64,000 nucleotides of DNA from Gammaproteobacteria bacterium (GTDB lineage Bacteria; Pseudomonadota; Gammaproteobacteria; JBCCGL01). The DNA is taken from assembly GCA_965277715.1 (NCBI GenBank), contig OZ255836.1:2944001-3008000 (forward strand), written 5' to 3'. Shown in pieces: positions 41,563 through 52,053 of this stretch; position 1 is the first letter of the stretch, and every line of letters starts with the position of its first letter. The position numbers were made by a program, and so were the translations under genes. Below the pieces are notes generated by a model. It saw only the letters and a list, made by a program, of their open reading frames with translations, had not been told where the DNA came from and ran no database searches.

Positions 41563-43980
41563 CTAACATTTAAGCCGTTCATTAGCGGGGTCATAGAGTA
41601 CTTCGTCAACCACCGTGGCGGGGCAAGGCATGCCTATAATATCAACCTGTAATACACTGCCCACGGCGCAAAACGCGGTATCGACAAATCCCATTGCGAT
41701 ATTTTTATCGACGCGAAATCCCCACCCCGCTGAACTGATAGTGCCTACCAGCGTATCACCAGCGTAAATTGAATCGCCTGGATGCGCCGCTGCACTATTA
41801 TTATCGATCAACAAAGTAACCCGTTTTCGCCGCAGTGGCGCAGTGGCCAGGGCAATCAGTTTGTCACGCCCTATAAATGCTTTTTTATCGCACTTCACAA
41901 ACCGTTCCAATCCTGATTCGTAAGGTGTGTATTCACTGATTAGATCCGCTTTCCAGTGACAGTACCCCTTCTCCAGGCGCATCGATTCGACGGCGTATAA
42001 TCCAAATTGTGTGAGACCAAGTGGTTCGCCCGCCTGTTGCAGGGTGTTGTAAACCAGCAGTAGGTGTTCGTTGGGTATATGCAGCTCATAGGCAAGCTCG
42101 CCGGAAAAGCTGACGCTCATCGCCACTGCACGTACAAAGCCGATGTCGACGGGTTTGACTGACAACCAGGCAAACCCCTGTGCCGACCAGTCGTTACGTG
42201 GTGAAACACGTTGCAGCAGGGCACGCGACTTCGGCCCGGCAATCACCAGGATGGTGTGGCTGTGTGTGAGGTTTTTTAATGTCACGCCCGTTGGTAGTTG
42301 ATCAGACAGCCAGTCCCAATCGTGCAGTTCAGCGGCGGCGGCAGAGCCAAACCAAAAGGTGTTTTCACGCAGCCGGGCCAGGGTAAATTCACCCAGCACA
42401 TGCCCTTTTTCGGTAACCGAGTAACACAGGGCCACTTTGCCATCACGTGAGGGAATACGGCTACAGGTGAGTGTATCCAGCCAGGCGGCAGCGCCGTCGC
42501 CCACTATTTCAAAACGATTAAACCCGGAGACTTCCATCATGCCGACATTTTCCTGTACCGCTTTCACCTCGGCGGCAACTACGGCCTTTGTCGGCGTAAA
42601 CCGAAAGCTGTGCCGGTCGACAAAATCGTTAGTCGGTTTAAAAAAGGCCACACGCTCCCACCCGGCAACCACTGAAAACTCAGCCCGCTGATTTTCCAAC
42701 ACAGTGTATAGTGGTGTGGTTTTCGCCAGGCGGCCCGCCGGGCGGTGTTCATGCGGCATATGAAAACGAAATTCGTTTTGGTAGTCCTCGATGGCTTTTA
42801 GTGCGGTGTATTCAACGGTGGTGTGATCGAGAAACCGACGCGGATCCAGACACCAGGTGTCATAGCAGGCCTCGCCTTCGGTCATTATCTGCGCCAACAG
42901 CCAGCCATGGCCACCGCCCTCACCCAATCCGGCGCGCAGGCCGATAATGCAATAGGCATTGCGTTTACCGGGGATTTTTCCGACCAGGGGCAGGCCGTCT
43001 GCGGTGTAGGTAATTGGCCCATTAATCACGGTGTGGATACCCGTTTCTTCAAGGCAGGGCAGGCGCTTAAAAACACGCTCCATATTGTCCAGACAACGGT
43101 CCAGGTCATTGGGACACAAGGCATTGGCAAAGCCGGGGTCGATACCATCCATCCCCCAGGTTTTACAGCTCTGCTCGTAGATACCAACCAGCAGGCCGTG
43201 CTTTTCCTGGCGCGAGTAGAAGTCGTCTAGTGGATCGCGAATCAAGGGTACTTTGCCATCGTGCGCTACCAGTGCCGGGATGGGGTCAGTGAGGAAGTAT
43301 TGGTGCTCCATCGACATAACCGGGTGTTGCATACCGTACATAGCCGCGACTTCGTTAACCCGGTAACCACAGGCGTTAACAATCATCTCACAGTGAATAT
43401 CACCTTTTTCAGTGTGTACTATCCAGGTGCCATCCGCTTTTTGGGTAAGGTTTATCACGGGCGTATGCCGGTAAATTTCCGCCCCTGCCCGGCGCGCACG
43501 GCGCGCCAGTGCCTGGCACAGTTGTGCCGGGTCTATATCACCATCGAGTGGGTCCCACAGCGCGCCGAGCAATTCGTGGGTTTCAATCAATGGGTGCCGA
43601 CGCTTGCACTCAACGGCGTCGATGACTTCAAAATCCACTCCCATACCCTTCGCCATTGAGACAAAATGATGGTAGCCATCGAGGTGATCCTGGCTCGCCG
43701 CCAAACGAATCCCCCCACAGGCGTGGTGGTAGTTGATGGGGTAATCGGGGTCTTCGGCGAGTGTTTTATACAGATCAATTGAATGGGTTTTTAAGCCAAT
43801 CATGGTTTGATTGGGGCCGAAGTTGGTGACTTGCGCCGCCGAATGCCAGGTGGTGCCGGATGTTAGCTCATCGCGCTCAACCAACACCACATCGCACCAG
43901 CCCATTGTGGTCAGATGGTAGAGCGTACTGCACCCGGCGATACCGCCACCGATAACGACGACGCGTGTTTGTGATTTCAT
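41563..43980 (-). CDS. GcvT-family FAD-dependent oxidoreductase (dimethylglycine/sarcosine dehydrogenase-like)
   Basis: VIGGGIAG, LTSGTTWHSA, NGPITYTADG, SFSGELAYELH, SMRLEKGY. Start at MKSQ. Confidence 0.9.
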   Translation of the reverse strand: MKSQTRVVVIGGGIAGCSTLYHLTTMGWCDVVLVERDELTSGTTWHSAAQVTNFGPNQTMIGLKTHSIDLYKTLAEDPDYPINYHHACGGIRLAASQDHLDGYHHFVSMAKGMGVDFEVIDAVECKRRHPLIETHELLGALWDPLDGDIDPAQLCQALARRARRAGAEIYRHTPVINLTQKADGTWIVHTEKGDIHCEMIVNACGYRVNEVAAMYGMQHPVMSMEHQYFLTDPIPALVAHDGKVPLIRDPLDDFYSRQEKHGLLVGIYEQSCKTWGMDGIDPGFANALCPNDLDRCLDNMERVFKRLPCLEETGIHTVINGPITYTADGLPLVGKIPGKRNAYCIIGLRAGLGEGGGHGWLLAQIMTEGEACYDTWCLDPRRFLDHTTVEYTALKAIEDYQNEFRFHMPHEHRPAGRLAKTTPLYTVLENQRAEFSVVAGWERVAFFKPTNDFVDRHSFRFTPTKAVVAAEVKAVQENVGMMEVSGFNRFEIVGDGAAAWLDTLTCSRIPSRDGKVALCYSVTEKGHVLGEFTLARLRENTFWFGSAAAAELHDWDWLSDQLPTGVTLKNLTHSHTILVIAGPKSRALLQRVSPRNDWSAQGFAWLSVKPVDIGFVRAVAMSVSFSGELAYELHIPNEHLLLVYNTLQQAGEPLGLTQFGLYAVESMRLEKGYCHWKADLISEYTPYESGLERFVKCDKKAFIGRDKLIALATAPLRRKRVTLLIDNNSAAAHPGDSIYAGDTLVGTISSAGWGFRVDKNIAMGFVDTAFCAVGSVLQVDIIGMPCPATVVDEVLYDPANERLKC

Positions 43981-44032
43981 GGTTTTATTCCGATAACCCA
44001 ATCTGGCCGCTGTGAGTACTCGTGATGTGTTT

Positions 44033-44383
44033 TTATTGTGCTGGAGGGTTGGCGTTTTCCAGTTGAGTATAGGAGTACGCCCGCTCGACCTTGCAAATCC
44101 GCGTAGTGTACTGGCTATACCACTGATTGCGTCCCTTATCCTGGGCAATCAGATGTTCAGCGTTCTGTTTCCAATGTTGGATCGATGCCAAGTCACGCCA
44201 GTAGGAGATTGCAATACCAAGGCCGTCCCGGGCTGATTCAAAACCCAGATAGCCTGGCTGTTGCGCCGCCAACTCGCACATGCGTGTGGCCATATCGTCG
44301 TACCCTTCGAGGCGGTCGGTTTGTAAATTGGTAAATATCACTGCGTAGTAAGGTGGTTCGGGGGTGTTGGCTATCTCACTCAT
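44033..44383 (-). CDS. Antibiotic biosynthesis monooxygenase (ABM) family protein
   Basis: PPYYAVIF, QPGYLG.ES, SYW, H..AQ..GR..WY. Confidence 0.85.
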   Translation of the reverse strand: MSEIANTPEPPYYAVIFTNLQTDRLEGYDDMATRMCELAAQQPGYLGFESARDGLGIAISYWRDLASIQHWKQNAEHLIAQDKGRNQWYSQYTTRICKVERAYSYTQLENANPPAQ

Positions 44384-44410
44384 AGAATTTCTCACTCGTA
44401 CTATCAGTGC

Positions 44411-44458
44411 CTAGACTCCATGTATTAACTTGCATACAAGTAAATGTATGGAGTCTAG
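44411..44458. repeat. 48-bp CTAG-bounded palindrome, family C, copy 1
   Basis: CTAGACTCCATGTATTAACTTG-CATA-CAAGTAAATGTATGGAGTCTAG. Confidence 0.88.
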
Positions 44459-44728
44459 TGCTCGTTATGTCACTGTAAGCAACTGAATATATATAACTTC
44501 ACGGCGCCAGCAACTATAATCCCGTTACTATGTTGGGGAAACAGTTATTGCTGCGTATGCTTTGCACCTCAATAAGTGCTAAATATCTGTTCAAATTTAC
44601 CTATTGCCAGGTGTATTTTCCAGACAGAATTAAAGCCCTGCGCAATCAGACCGCTACTGTGCCTATCAATTGGCACATAATGCAAACACACTTAACGTCT
44701 TTTTTAAAACCCAGTGAAGGATATTTCA

Positions 44729-46243
44729 ATGTCACACTCTCTTGGTAGTGCGCTTACGCACAACTTTTTAGGCCATGCGCCAGACTGGTACAAACAGTCT
44801 ATTATTGCGTTCCTGATTATTAACCCAATAGTGCTATACGCACTGGGGCCAGAAACCGGCCCTGTCGTCACCGGCTGGTTACTGATCGGTGAGTTTATTT
44901 TCACCCTCGCGATGGCGTTGAAATGCTACCCATTACAGCCCGGTGGGCTGCTGGCGATTGAGGCCGTTGTCATTGGTTTAACCAGTGGTGAGTCTGTTTA
45001 TCATGAGGCGGTAAATAATTTCAAGGTGATCCTACTGCTGGTTTTTATGGTGGCGGGGATTTACTTTATGAAAGACCTGCTGATGTTTGTGTTTACCAAC
45101 CTACTGACTAAGGTGCGATCAAAGGTCATACTGTCTTTACTGTTCAGTATATCCGCTGCCGTTTTATCGGCTTTTTTGGATGCGTTAACAGTCACCGCCG
45201 TGCTAATCAGTGTGGGTGTCGGTTTTTACGGCGTGTTTCACCGCTTCGCCTCCGATGCACACAACCACGCCTCACACGACCACGGCTGCGATCACGGCGT
45301 GAAAGAATATCACCGCGAAGACCTGGAAAGCTTTCGTGCCTTTTTGCGCAGTTTGCTGATGCATGGGGCTGTGGGCACAGCGCTTGGCGGTGTTTGCACG
45401 ATTGTTGGCGAGCCACAAAATCTGCTGATTGCCAGCAAAATGAACTGGAGTTTCATCGAGTTTTTTCTGTTGATGGCACCCATTACCATGCCCGTATTGG
45501 TCGCCGGTTTGATTACCTGCGCCCTATTGGAAAAACTAAAATGGTTTGACTACGGCACAACGCTACCAGATGCAGTGCGCAATGAGCTTGAGGCGTATGC
45601 TGAAAAAGAAAATAACGACCGCAGCACCAAGCACACTGCCGCCTTACTGGTACAGGGTGCTGTCGGAATAATACTGGTTATCGCGCTGGCGACACACGTG
45701 GCAGAGGTCGGGCTGGTGGGCTTGATGGTGATTGTATTGCTAACTGCCTTCAATGGCGTAATCGACGAGCACAAAATCGGCAAAGCATTTGAAGAGGCGC
45801 TGCCGTTTACCGCGCTCTTGGTGGTATTTTTCGTGATTGTCGCGGTGATTCACGATCAACACCTTTTCTCACCGGTGATTAATTTAGTACTGGCCATGGA
45901 TATCGCCGTGCAGCCCGCGATGTTCTTTATCGCCAACGGGGTGCTATCGATGATCAGCGACAATGTGTTCGTCGCCACGGTTTATATTAATGAGGTCGTC
46001 GCGGCCTTTAACGCTGGCACAATCTCCGCGCAGCAGCTCGAACACATGGCCATTGCCATCAACACCGGCACCAACCTGCCCAGCGTTGCCACGCCTAACG
46101 GCCAGGCGGCTTTCCTGTTTTTACTGACTTCGGCACTGGCACCGCTGATCCGTCTGTCATACGGCAAAATGGTGTTTATGGCGCTGCCCTATACCTTTGT
46201 GCTGGGTGGGGTTGGCTTAGTCGCGGTGATTTATACGCTGTAA
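44729..46243 (+). CDS. nhaB: Na+/H+ antiporter NhaB
   Basis: [56 protein letters not shown]. Confidence 0.96.
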   Translation: MSHSLGSALTHNFLGHAPDWYKQSIIAFLIINPIVLYALGPETGPVVTGWLLIGEFIFTLAMALKCYPLQPGGLLAIEAVVIGLTSGESVYHEAVNNFKVILLLVFMVAGIYFMKDLLMFVFTNLLTKVRSKVILSLLFSISAAVLSAFLDALTVTAVLISVGVGFYGVFHRFASDAHNHASHDHGCDHGVKEYHREDLESFRAFLRSLLMHGAVGTALGGVCTIVGEPQNLLIASKMNWSFIEFFLLMAPITMPVLVAGLITCALLEKLKWFDYGTTLPDAVRNELEAYAEKENNDRSTKHTAALLVQGAVGIILVIALATHVAEVGLVGLMVIVLLTAFNGVIDEHKIGKAFEEALPFTALLVVFFVIVAVIHDQHLFSPVINLVLAMDIAVQPAMFFIANGVLSMISDNVFVATVYINEVVAAFNAGTISAQQLEHMAIAINTGTNLPSVATPNGQAAFLFLLTSALAPLIRLSYGKMVFMALPYTFVLGGVGLVAVIYTL

Positions 46244-47103
46244 GTCAGGAACTCACACACTGCTCGGGTAAAGGCATCATTGCGGTCGCCCGCGACCATA
46301 TGCCCGGCACCGCTGACATCGACAGTGTGTGCATGCGGTACTACGTCCAATAGTTCGCGAACGGCTGATTCGCTGACCACATCGCTCATGCGTCCCCGCA
46401 CAATCAGTGTGGGGATCGTCAACCGGGCAGCCGCTGTAAGCATGTTTTGTACGTCATCATCCCGTAGGTGGCCAATATGATCGAGAAAGCGTGGATCCCA
46501 GTGCCAGTAGTAACGGCCATCGTCACGCTGTCTCAGGTTTTTCGACAGCCGGGATGTATCCGTGCCGGGCTTGCGTGCCGGTAGGTAGCTTGCAACGGCC
46601 TGTGCGGCTTCGTCCAGGTTTGCAAATCCCCCCAAATGCGCACGCATAAAATGCAAAATGCGCGCTACCCCGTCCACTTCCAGGCGCGGTGTTACATCGA
46701 CAAGGGTCAGGCTGGAAAACACGGAATCAACTGTGGCACCACAGGCCAGTAGCGCAGTAATACCACCCAGCGAAGCGCCGACGACGGCTGGCTTTTGGGT
46801 CGGCTTTTGGGTCGACTCAGGGGTAAGTTGCGCGCACACCGCGAGCAAATCGTCGACGTAGTTTTCCAGCTTATACAGTCCCTGTGGGTGCCACTGGCTG
46901 TCGCCGTGCCCACGCATATCCAGTGCATATGCCCGGTGGCCTTTTTCTGCCAACGCCTGCGCCGTGCCACCCCAAGCATGGCGAGTTTGCCCGCCACCGT
47001 GCAACAGCAACACCGGCGGGGCATCAGCCGGACCAAAAACCTCTGCCAGTAGCCTATTGTTGTCACTACCACGAAATTCGAGGGTATAGCTGGGTTTACT
47101 CAC
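46231..47103 (-). CDS. Alpha/beta hydrolase
   Basis: [30 protein letters not shown]. Confidence 0.88.
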   Translation of the reverse strand: MSKPSYTLEFRGSDNNRLLAEVFGPADAPPVLLLHGGGQTRHAWGGTAQALAEKGHRAYALDMRGHGDSQWHPQGLYKLENYVDDLLAVCAQLTPESTQKPTQKPAVVGASLGGITALLACGATVDSVFSSLTLVDVTPRLEVDGVARILHFMRAHLGGFANLDEAAQAVASYLPARKPGTDTSRLSKNLRQRDDGRYYWHWDPRFLDHIGHLRDDDVQNMLTAAARLTIPTLIVRGRMSDVVSESAVRELLDVVPHAHTVDVSGAGHMVAGDRNDAFTRAVCEFLTYSV

Positions 47104-47126
47104 AGGCGCTACTCACGGGCTTAACC

Positions 47127-47873
47127 TTACAAAGCAGGCGATGGCAATACGCCACCCACCTTAAATTCAGATTGTTCAAACACCAGGGATGGTTGGTGGG
47201 GGGTGGAAAAGCTGACCGTATCCGGGGTCGTCAGGCATAGCCAGTTGTCGCTTTGCTGCGGTGTATTTGATCGAATAACACTTGGTTGGGCTAACGCCAG
47301 ATTGACCCCGTGTCTATGCCGGGCAGAATAGTAACGAATCAGCTCTGTACGCTGTTCACTCACTAGCCACTGACCGATTTTTTGACTGTACTGATACTGC
47401 GAAGGGTGTGTTAGCTGGCGTTGTACTTCAGCCGCTGCCAATTGGGTCAAATCACTGCACTGTGTCGATTTTACCCTGACGTAGAACAGGGCGTGTTGTG
47501 AGCGAACGGGGTTGGGGTAGCGCGGAACCGTATGATGCATAAAAACAAAACGGTAGTACGCCGCCTCTACCAATGCCGTGTGGGGGGTTTCACTGGCATA
47601 AAAAAAACTGGGCATTTGCCTGCTGCCGAAACGCGAGCCGTATTTAAGTGGGGGGTATCTAAAAGGTGTTTTAAGCAGGTAATGCATCGATTCCGTGCCC
47701 TTGCGGTAACGCGGCTTTACCTCATCTAACAAGGTTTCAAGTACGTCTTGTTCCGCCTGGTTATTCACCAGTCCCGCCGTTGCGGCGTATTCCTGTGTCT
47801 CGACAAACCGATAGGCTTTGCCTGAATAATGGGTGAGAGGTGTAGCAGGAAATCCTTCTTCGGTGGTGTGCAC
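47127..47873 (-). CDS. RES-domain toxin
   Basis: R.VE.Q, TPFRYPPL.YGSRFG, E.AYYR, Y.SAR. Confidence 0.85.
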   Translation of the reverse strand: MHTTEEGFPATPLTHYSGKAYRFVETQEYAATAGLVNNQAEQDVLETLLDEVKPRYRKGTESMHYLLKTPFRYPPLKYGSRFGSRQMPSFFYASETPHTALVEAAYYRFVFMHHTVPRYPNPVRSQHALFYVRVKSTQCSDLTQLAAAEVQRQLTHPSQYQYSQKIGQWLVSEQRTELIRYYSARHRHGVNLALAQPSVIRSNTPQQSDNWLCLTTPDTVSFSTPHQPSLVFEQSEFKVGGVLPSPAL

Positions 47874-48241
47874 TAAACTTTTCCACGCATCCCATCGAGG
47901 TACTCGTTAATGCGGATCAGGCCATCGACCCTCTGGCAAAGCTCAGCAGGCGCCCCACCCAATGCCGTATTCTCGCTACTAAACCAGTGGCGCATAAAAC
48001 GGTTGTCTCCGCCCGATAAGGCCGATAAGGAGCGATACAATCGAATAAAGTGCAGACATAATTCACCCGTTTTGGATTCAGGGGCAAAGCCCTTCCCTGT
48101 ATTGCGTGCCAGTGTCGAGGCATTGACACCAATAATTTTTCCGGCAATGAATTTACTCACGGCCAGCTCACGGCAAGCATTGTTAAACGCCAAAATCAAC
48201 ACGGCGGCGGCATCAGGTTGGTATTTTGCGGCTATTGTCAT
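47873..48241 (-). CDS. Xre/MbcA/ParS antitoxin
   Basis: HTH plus W...N.ALGG.P...G......YLD; coupled to the RES gene. Confidence 0.85.
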   Translation of the reverse strand: MTIAAKYQPDAAAVLILAFNNACRELAVSKFIAGKIIGVNASTLARNTGKGFAPESKTGELCLHFIRLYRSLSALSGGDNRFMRHWFSSENTALGGAPAELCQRVDGLIRINEYLDGMRGKV

Positions 48242-48407
48242 AGGAGTGAAACCGGGTTAGATGCTGCTTATTTTAGAAAGGGGGTTTATTAAATGCAATT
48301 TTTTTTGCGGAAAAAGTGCATTTGCACAATATCATACCCGTTGACGTCCTACCCTTTTATTGTGCATTCTCTCCCAACACTACACCAAGGCAAAGTGGGG
48401 CAGCGCA

Positions 48408-50093
48408 GTGGAAAAACCGTGGCTTAAATCATACCCGCCGGGTATACCTGAGACAGTCGATGTGCACTATTTTGCATCGTTGCTGGCCGTCTACCAAGAC
48501 GCCGTTACACGCTTTGGCGATGCACCGGCTTTCATTAATATGGGGACGACACTCAGCTTTAATGCACTGGCCAAGGCATCACGTGATATGGCAGCCTGGT
48601 TACAGCAGGCGGGGCTGAAAAAGGGTGACCGGATCGCTATTATGATGCCCAATTGCCTGCAATACCCCACTTCGCTGTTTGCCGCCCTCAGTGCCGGGTT
48701 GACCGTGGTTAACACCAACCCACTCTACACTCCGCGTGAATTACACCACCAGCTCAGCGATTCGGGCGCAGTGGCGATCGTCATCATGGAGAATTTTTGC
48801 CACACGCTGGAACAGGTCATCGACGACACGCAAATCAACACAGTGATTACCACCCGGCTCGGCGATCAACTGGCCTTCCCCAAATCAAAGCTGGTCAATT
48901 TTGTCGTCAAATATATAAAGAAAATGGTGCCTCATTACCACTTGCCAACCGCCGTTTCCCTATCCGCTGTGTTGGCACAGGGTGCCCGCCTGACACTCGA
49001 CACCCCACCTCTCAACCATCAGGATATCGCCTTTTTACAATACACCGGCGGCACCACAGGTGTTTCCAAAGGCGCCATGTTGACACACGGCAATATGGTC
49101 GCCAACATTATGCAGATCGATGCCTGGTTACCGGGCGATCTGACTGACAGCCATAATACGATTGTCACCGCGCTACCGATGTACCATATCTTTGCACTGA
49201 CCGCCAATGTGATGGTGTTTATGCACTATGGTGCAAGCAATTTATTGATTACCAACCCGCGTGATATTCCCGCTTTTGTGCGCGAGCTGTCGAAATACCC
49301 GTTTACGGTGATGACCGGCGTCAATACCCTCTTTAACGCCCTGTTGAACGATGCCGGTTTTTGTGCACTCGATTTCAGCCGGTTCAAACTGGGTTTTGGC
49401 GGCGGCATGGCCGTACAGCGCACTGTGGCGGAGCAGTGGAAAGCAGTGACAGGCAGAAGCCTTGTCGAAGCGTATGGTTTAACGGAAACTTCACCCGCAG
49501 CGGTGATTAACCCGATGCAGAACCCACAGTACACAGGGGCCATCGGCCTGCCGATTCCCGCTACCGATTGCATTATCCGCGATCAACAGGGCAATGACCT
49601 GCCGATAGGTGAATCGGGCGAGCTGTGCATTCGCGGCCCACAGGTGATGCGCGGCTACTGGCAGCGGGCAGAGGCGACCGACCGCGCTATCGACAAAGAC
49701 GGTTGGTTTCGCAGCGGTGATATTGCGCGCATGGACGAGCGCGGCTATTTCTATATTGTCGACCGCTTGAAAGATATGATTCTGGTTTCCGGTTTTAACG
49801 TCTACCCCAACGAAATTGAGGAAGTGGTGGCCATGCACCCCGGCGTGCTGGAAGTGGCGGCGATTGCCGCACCCGACGACTATTCCGGCGAGGTGGTAAA
49901 AATTGTCGTGGTAAAGAAAGACGCCGCGCTCAACAGCGATGCATTGATTGCACACTGCAAACAACACCTCACCGGCTATAAAAGACCGAAATACATTACC
50001 TTTATGGATGAACTGCCAAAATCCAATGTGGGTAAAATACTCCGCCGCGCACTGCGTGAACCGACACCCTCTAGAGGAGAAGACCATGTCTGA
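48408..50093 (+). CDS. fadD: Long-chain fatty acid-CoA ligase
   Basis: QYTGGTTGVSKG, YGLTETSP, DRLKDMILVSGFNVYP, PKSNVGKILRR. Confidence 0.93.
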   Translation: MEKPWLKSYPPGIPETVDVHYFASLLAVYQDAVTRFGDAPAFINMGTTLSFNALAKASRDMAAWLQQAGLKKGDRIAIMMPNCLQYPTSLFAALSAGLTVVNTNPLYTPRELHHQLSDSGAVAIVIMENFCHTLEQVIDDTQINTVITTRLGDQLAFPKSKLVNFVVKYIKKMVPHYHLPTAVSLSAVLAQGARLTLDTPPLNHQDIAFLQYTGGTTGVSKGAMLTHGNMVANIMQIDAWLPGDLTDSHNTIVTALPMYHIFALTANVMVFMHYGASNLLITNPRDIPAFVRELSKYPFTVMTGVNTLFNALLNDAGFCALDFSRFKLGFGGGMAVQRTVAEQWKAVTGRSLVEAYGLTETSPAAVINPMQNPQYTGAIGLPIPATDCIIRDQQGNDLPIGESGELCIRGPQVMRGYWQRAEATDRAIDKDGWFRSGDIARMDERGYFYIVDRLKDMILVSGFNVYPNEIEEVVAMHPGVLEVAAIAAPDDYSGEVVKIVVVKKDAALNSDALIAHCKQHLTGYKRPKYITFMDELPKSNVGKILRRALREPTPSRGEDHV

Positions 50094-50514
50094 TAGTAAG
50101 CAAGCCGGAGGTAGCTGCCTCTGCGGTAAAGTCCAGATAACCGCCGCCACCTGCCATCAGCACGTCCACGCCTGCCATTGTTCGATGTGCCGAAAATGGG
50201 GCGGTGGGCCAGCATTATCTGTCGATTGCGGCACCGATGTGGCTTTTCAGGGCGAGGAGCATATCCGTGTGTTTAGCTCATCTGTGTGGGCCGAGCGCGG
50301 CTTTTGCACACACTGCGGCAGCCATTTATTCTACCGGCTGAAAGAAACCCAGCAGTATATTATGCCGGTTGGCCTGTTCGACGACGGCAGTACATTCACA
50401 CTCGACCAGCAAATATTTATTGACGAAAAGCCAGAATGGTATACATTCGCAAACCGCACCGAAGATATGACGGGGGCAGAAGTATTTGCCAAATACGCAC
50501 CGCCCACCGATTGA
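50086..50514 (+). CDS. GFA (glutathione-dependent formaldehyde-activating/CENP-V) family protein
   Basis: GSCLCG, CHCSMCRK, RGFC..CGS. Confidence 0.9.
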   Translation: MSDSKQAGGSCLCGKVQITAATCHQHVHACHCSMCRKWGGGPALSVDCGTDVAFQGEEHIRVFSSSVWAERGFCTHCGSHLFYRLKETQQYIMPVGLFDDGSTFTLDQQIFIDEKPEWYTFANRTEDMTGAEVFAKYAPPTD

Positions 50515-50547
50515 GGCCCATTCTGACAACCCGACGATCACCTCATT

Positions 50548-51396
50548 ATGTTAACCACGCTCGCCAGCGTTACACAGCTTCACGCCCTATCCACTAATCA
50601 CTGCATCGTCGACTGCCGGTTTTCCCTGATGGAACCGACACTTGGCGCGCAACAATATGCACACTCGCATATTCCCGGCGCCCACTACGCCCACCTCGAC
50701 GATGACCTGTCTGGCGAAATCGTATTCGCCCGTTCTGGTCGCCACCCACTGCCGGGCCGGGACGACCTGACCAAAACCCTGCGTAGCTGGGGAATTGGCA
50801 AGCGCACCCAGGTCATTTGCTACGACGATGCCGGCGGCCCCTTTGCCGCAAGGCTCTGGTGGTTATTGCGCTGGATGGGCCACGAGGCAGCCGCTGTACT
50901 CGACGGCGGACTCAACGCCTGGCGCGAAGCCGGGCTACCACTCAGCGACGAAGTGCCCTCGTCCAGACCCGGTAAATTTACCCCTGGGGAGCCTGCCACT
51001 ACAGTAGTCAGCGCACAGGATATTCTCACAAACCCCCACTGGCAATTAATCGATGCACGCGAAGGCGCCCGCTACCGGGGGGAGGCCGAGCCAATCGACC
51101 CCGTTGCCGGGCGCATCCCCGGCGCGCTGAACATCCCCTTTCAGCGCAACCTTGACGAACGTGGAAAATTCAAACCTGCCAGCGACTTATCGGCGCTTTA
51201 CCAACACTATATTGGCGACAACAGCACCGACAATATAGTGTGCTATTGCGGCTCAGGTGTCACCGCAGCCCACAACGCACTGGCAATGACACACGCTGGC
51301 CTCGGCACACCCGGCATCTATGCCGGATCCTGGAGTGAATGGATTACCGACCCTGAAAGGCCAATTGAACGCGGCCTGGGATCCGCTACTGGATAA
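50548..51396 (+). CDS. sseA: Thiosulfate/3-mercaptopyruvate sulfurtransferase
   Basis: HIPGA, GRHPLP, YCGSGVTA, YAGSWSEW. Confidence 0.9.
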   Translation: MLTTLASVTQLHALSTNHCIVDCRFSLMEPTLGAQQYAHSHIPGAHYAHLDDDLSGEIVFARSGRHPLPGRDDLTKTLRSWGIGKRTQVICYDDAGGPFAARLWWLLRWMGHEAAAVLDGGLNAWREAGLPLSDEVPSSRPGKFTPGEPATTVVSAQDILTNPHWQLIDAREGARYRGEAEPIDPVAGRIPGALNIPFQRNLDERGKFKPASDLSALYQHYIGDNSTDNIVCYCGSGVTAAHNALAMTHAGLGTPGIYAGSWSEWITDPERPIERGLGSATG

Positions 51397-51489
51397 ACAG
51401 GCAATACATCAAGGCACAATCAGCAATCAGCGTCGGTCTACGTTACACAGAAACAATTGGCGCACGCCGGTCTTGGTTAGCACGGCATA

Positions 51490-52053
51490 CTAATAGCGCA
51501 CAATATCCATAACCTGCCCCGGCCGACTATGGATATCCGCACGATGTATTCGCATCACCCCATTCCTCTTATCTTCAAAATAGCGCTGCAACGACTCAAC
51601 CACCACCGGAAACGCCAGATCATCCCAGGGAATCTCACTTTCCTGATAAAGCCCGACCGCCAGTGACTCACTCCCCACTGACGACTCACCACCACGCAAG
51701 GTACCGTGGTACATAACATAAACCTGACTAATCTCCGGCAGACTATACAGCGCAAACAACTGCAAATTATCACAGTGTGCATTCGCCTCCTCGACAGCTT
51801 CACGAGCCGCACCGTCTGCCATCGTTTCCCTATTTTCCATAAACCCGGCGGGCAGTGTCCACCAGCCATAACGCGGCTCAATAGCCCGCTTACACAACAG
51901 AATCTTACCCTGCCACTCCAATATGCAGCCGCACACATTCTTAGGATTTGAATAAAACACCTCATCACAGGCGGTACACACATCGCGCTCGCGATTATCC
52001 CCCTCGGGCACTTTACGAATTACCGCTGCACCGCACTGCGAACAATAATTCAT
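51490..52053 (-). CDS. NUDIX hydrolase with N-terminal zinc ribbon
   Basis: YCSQCG..C..C, PAGFME..ET...GA.RE..EEA. Confidence 0.9.
   Translation of the reverse strand: MNYCSQCGAAVIRKVPEGDNRERDVCTACDEVFYSNPKNVCGCILEWQGKILLCKRAIEPRYGWWTLPAGFMENRETMADGAAREAVEEANAHCDNLQLFALYSLPEISQVYVMYHGTLRGGESSVGSESLAVGLYQESEIPWDDLAFPVVVESLQRYFEDKRNGVMRIHRADIHSRPGQVMDIVRY

Noticed and set aside
41146-41652. ORFs spanning the tRNA
   Set aside because: Shadow ORFs across tRNA-Ser and pseudogene fragments.
43981-44148. N-terminal extension of the GcvT-like ORF
   Set aside because: It overlaps the ABM gene; the FAD-binding motif points to the ATG at 43980.
46790-46813. 12-bp tandem duplication (TQKPTQKP) in the hydrolase, and similar low-complexity linkers in TorS
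   Set aside because: In-frame micro-duplications in loops; no evidence of phase variation.
47127-48241. RES-Xre pair as a novel system
   Set aside because: A well-described type II TA family with ordinary organisation.
49491-50150. Long antisense ORFs (also 7747-8490 and 12587-13156)
   Set aside because: They lie opposite well-supported genes and are explained by codon bias.
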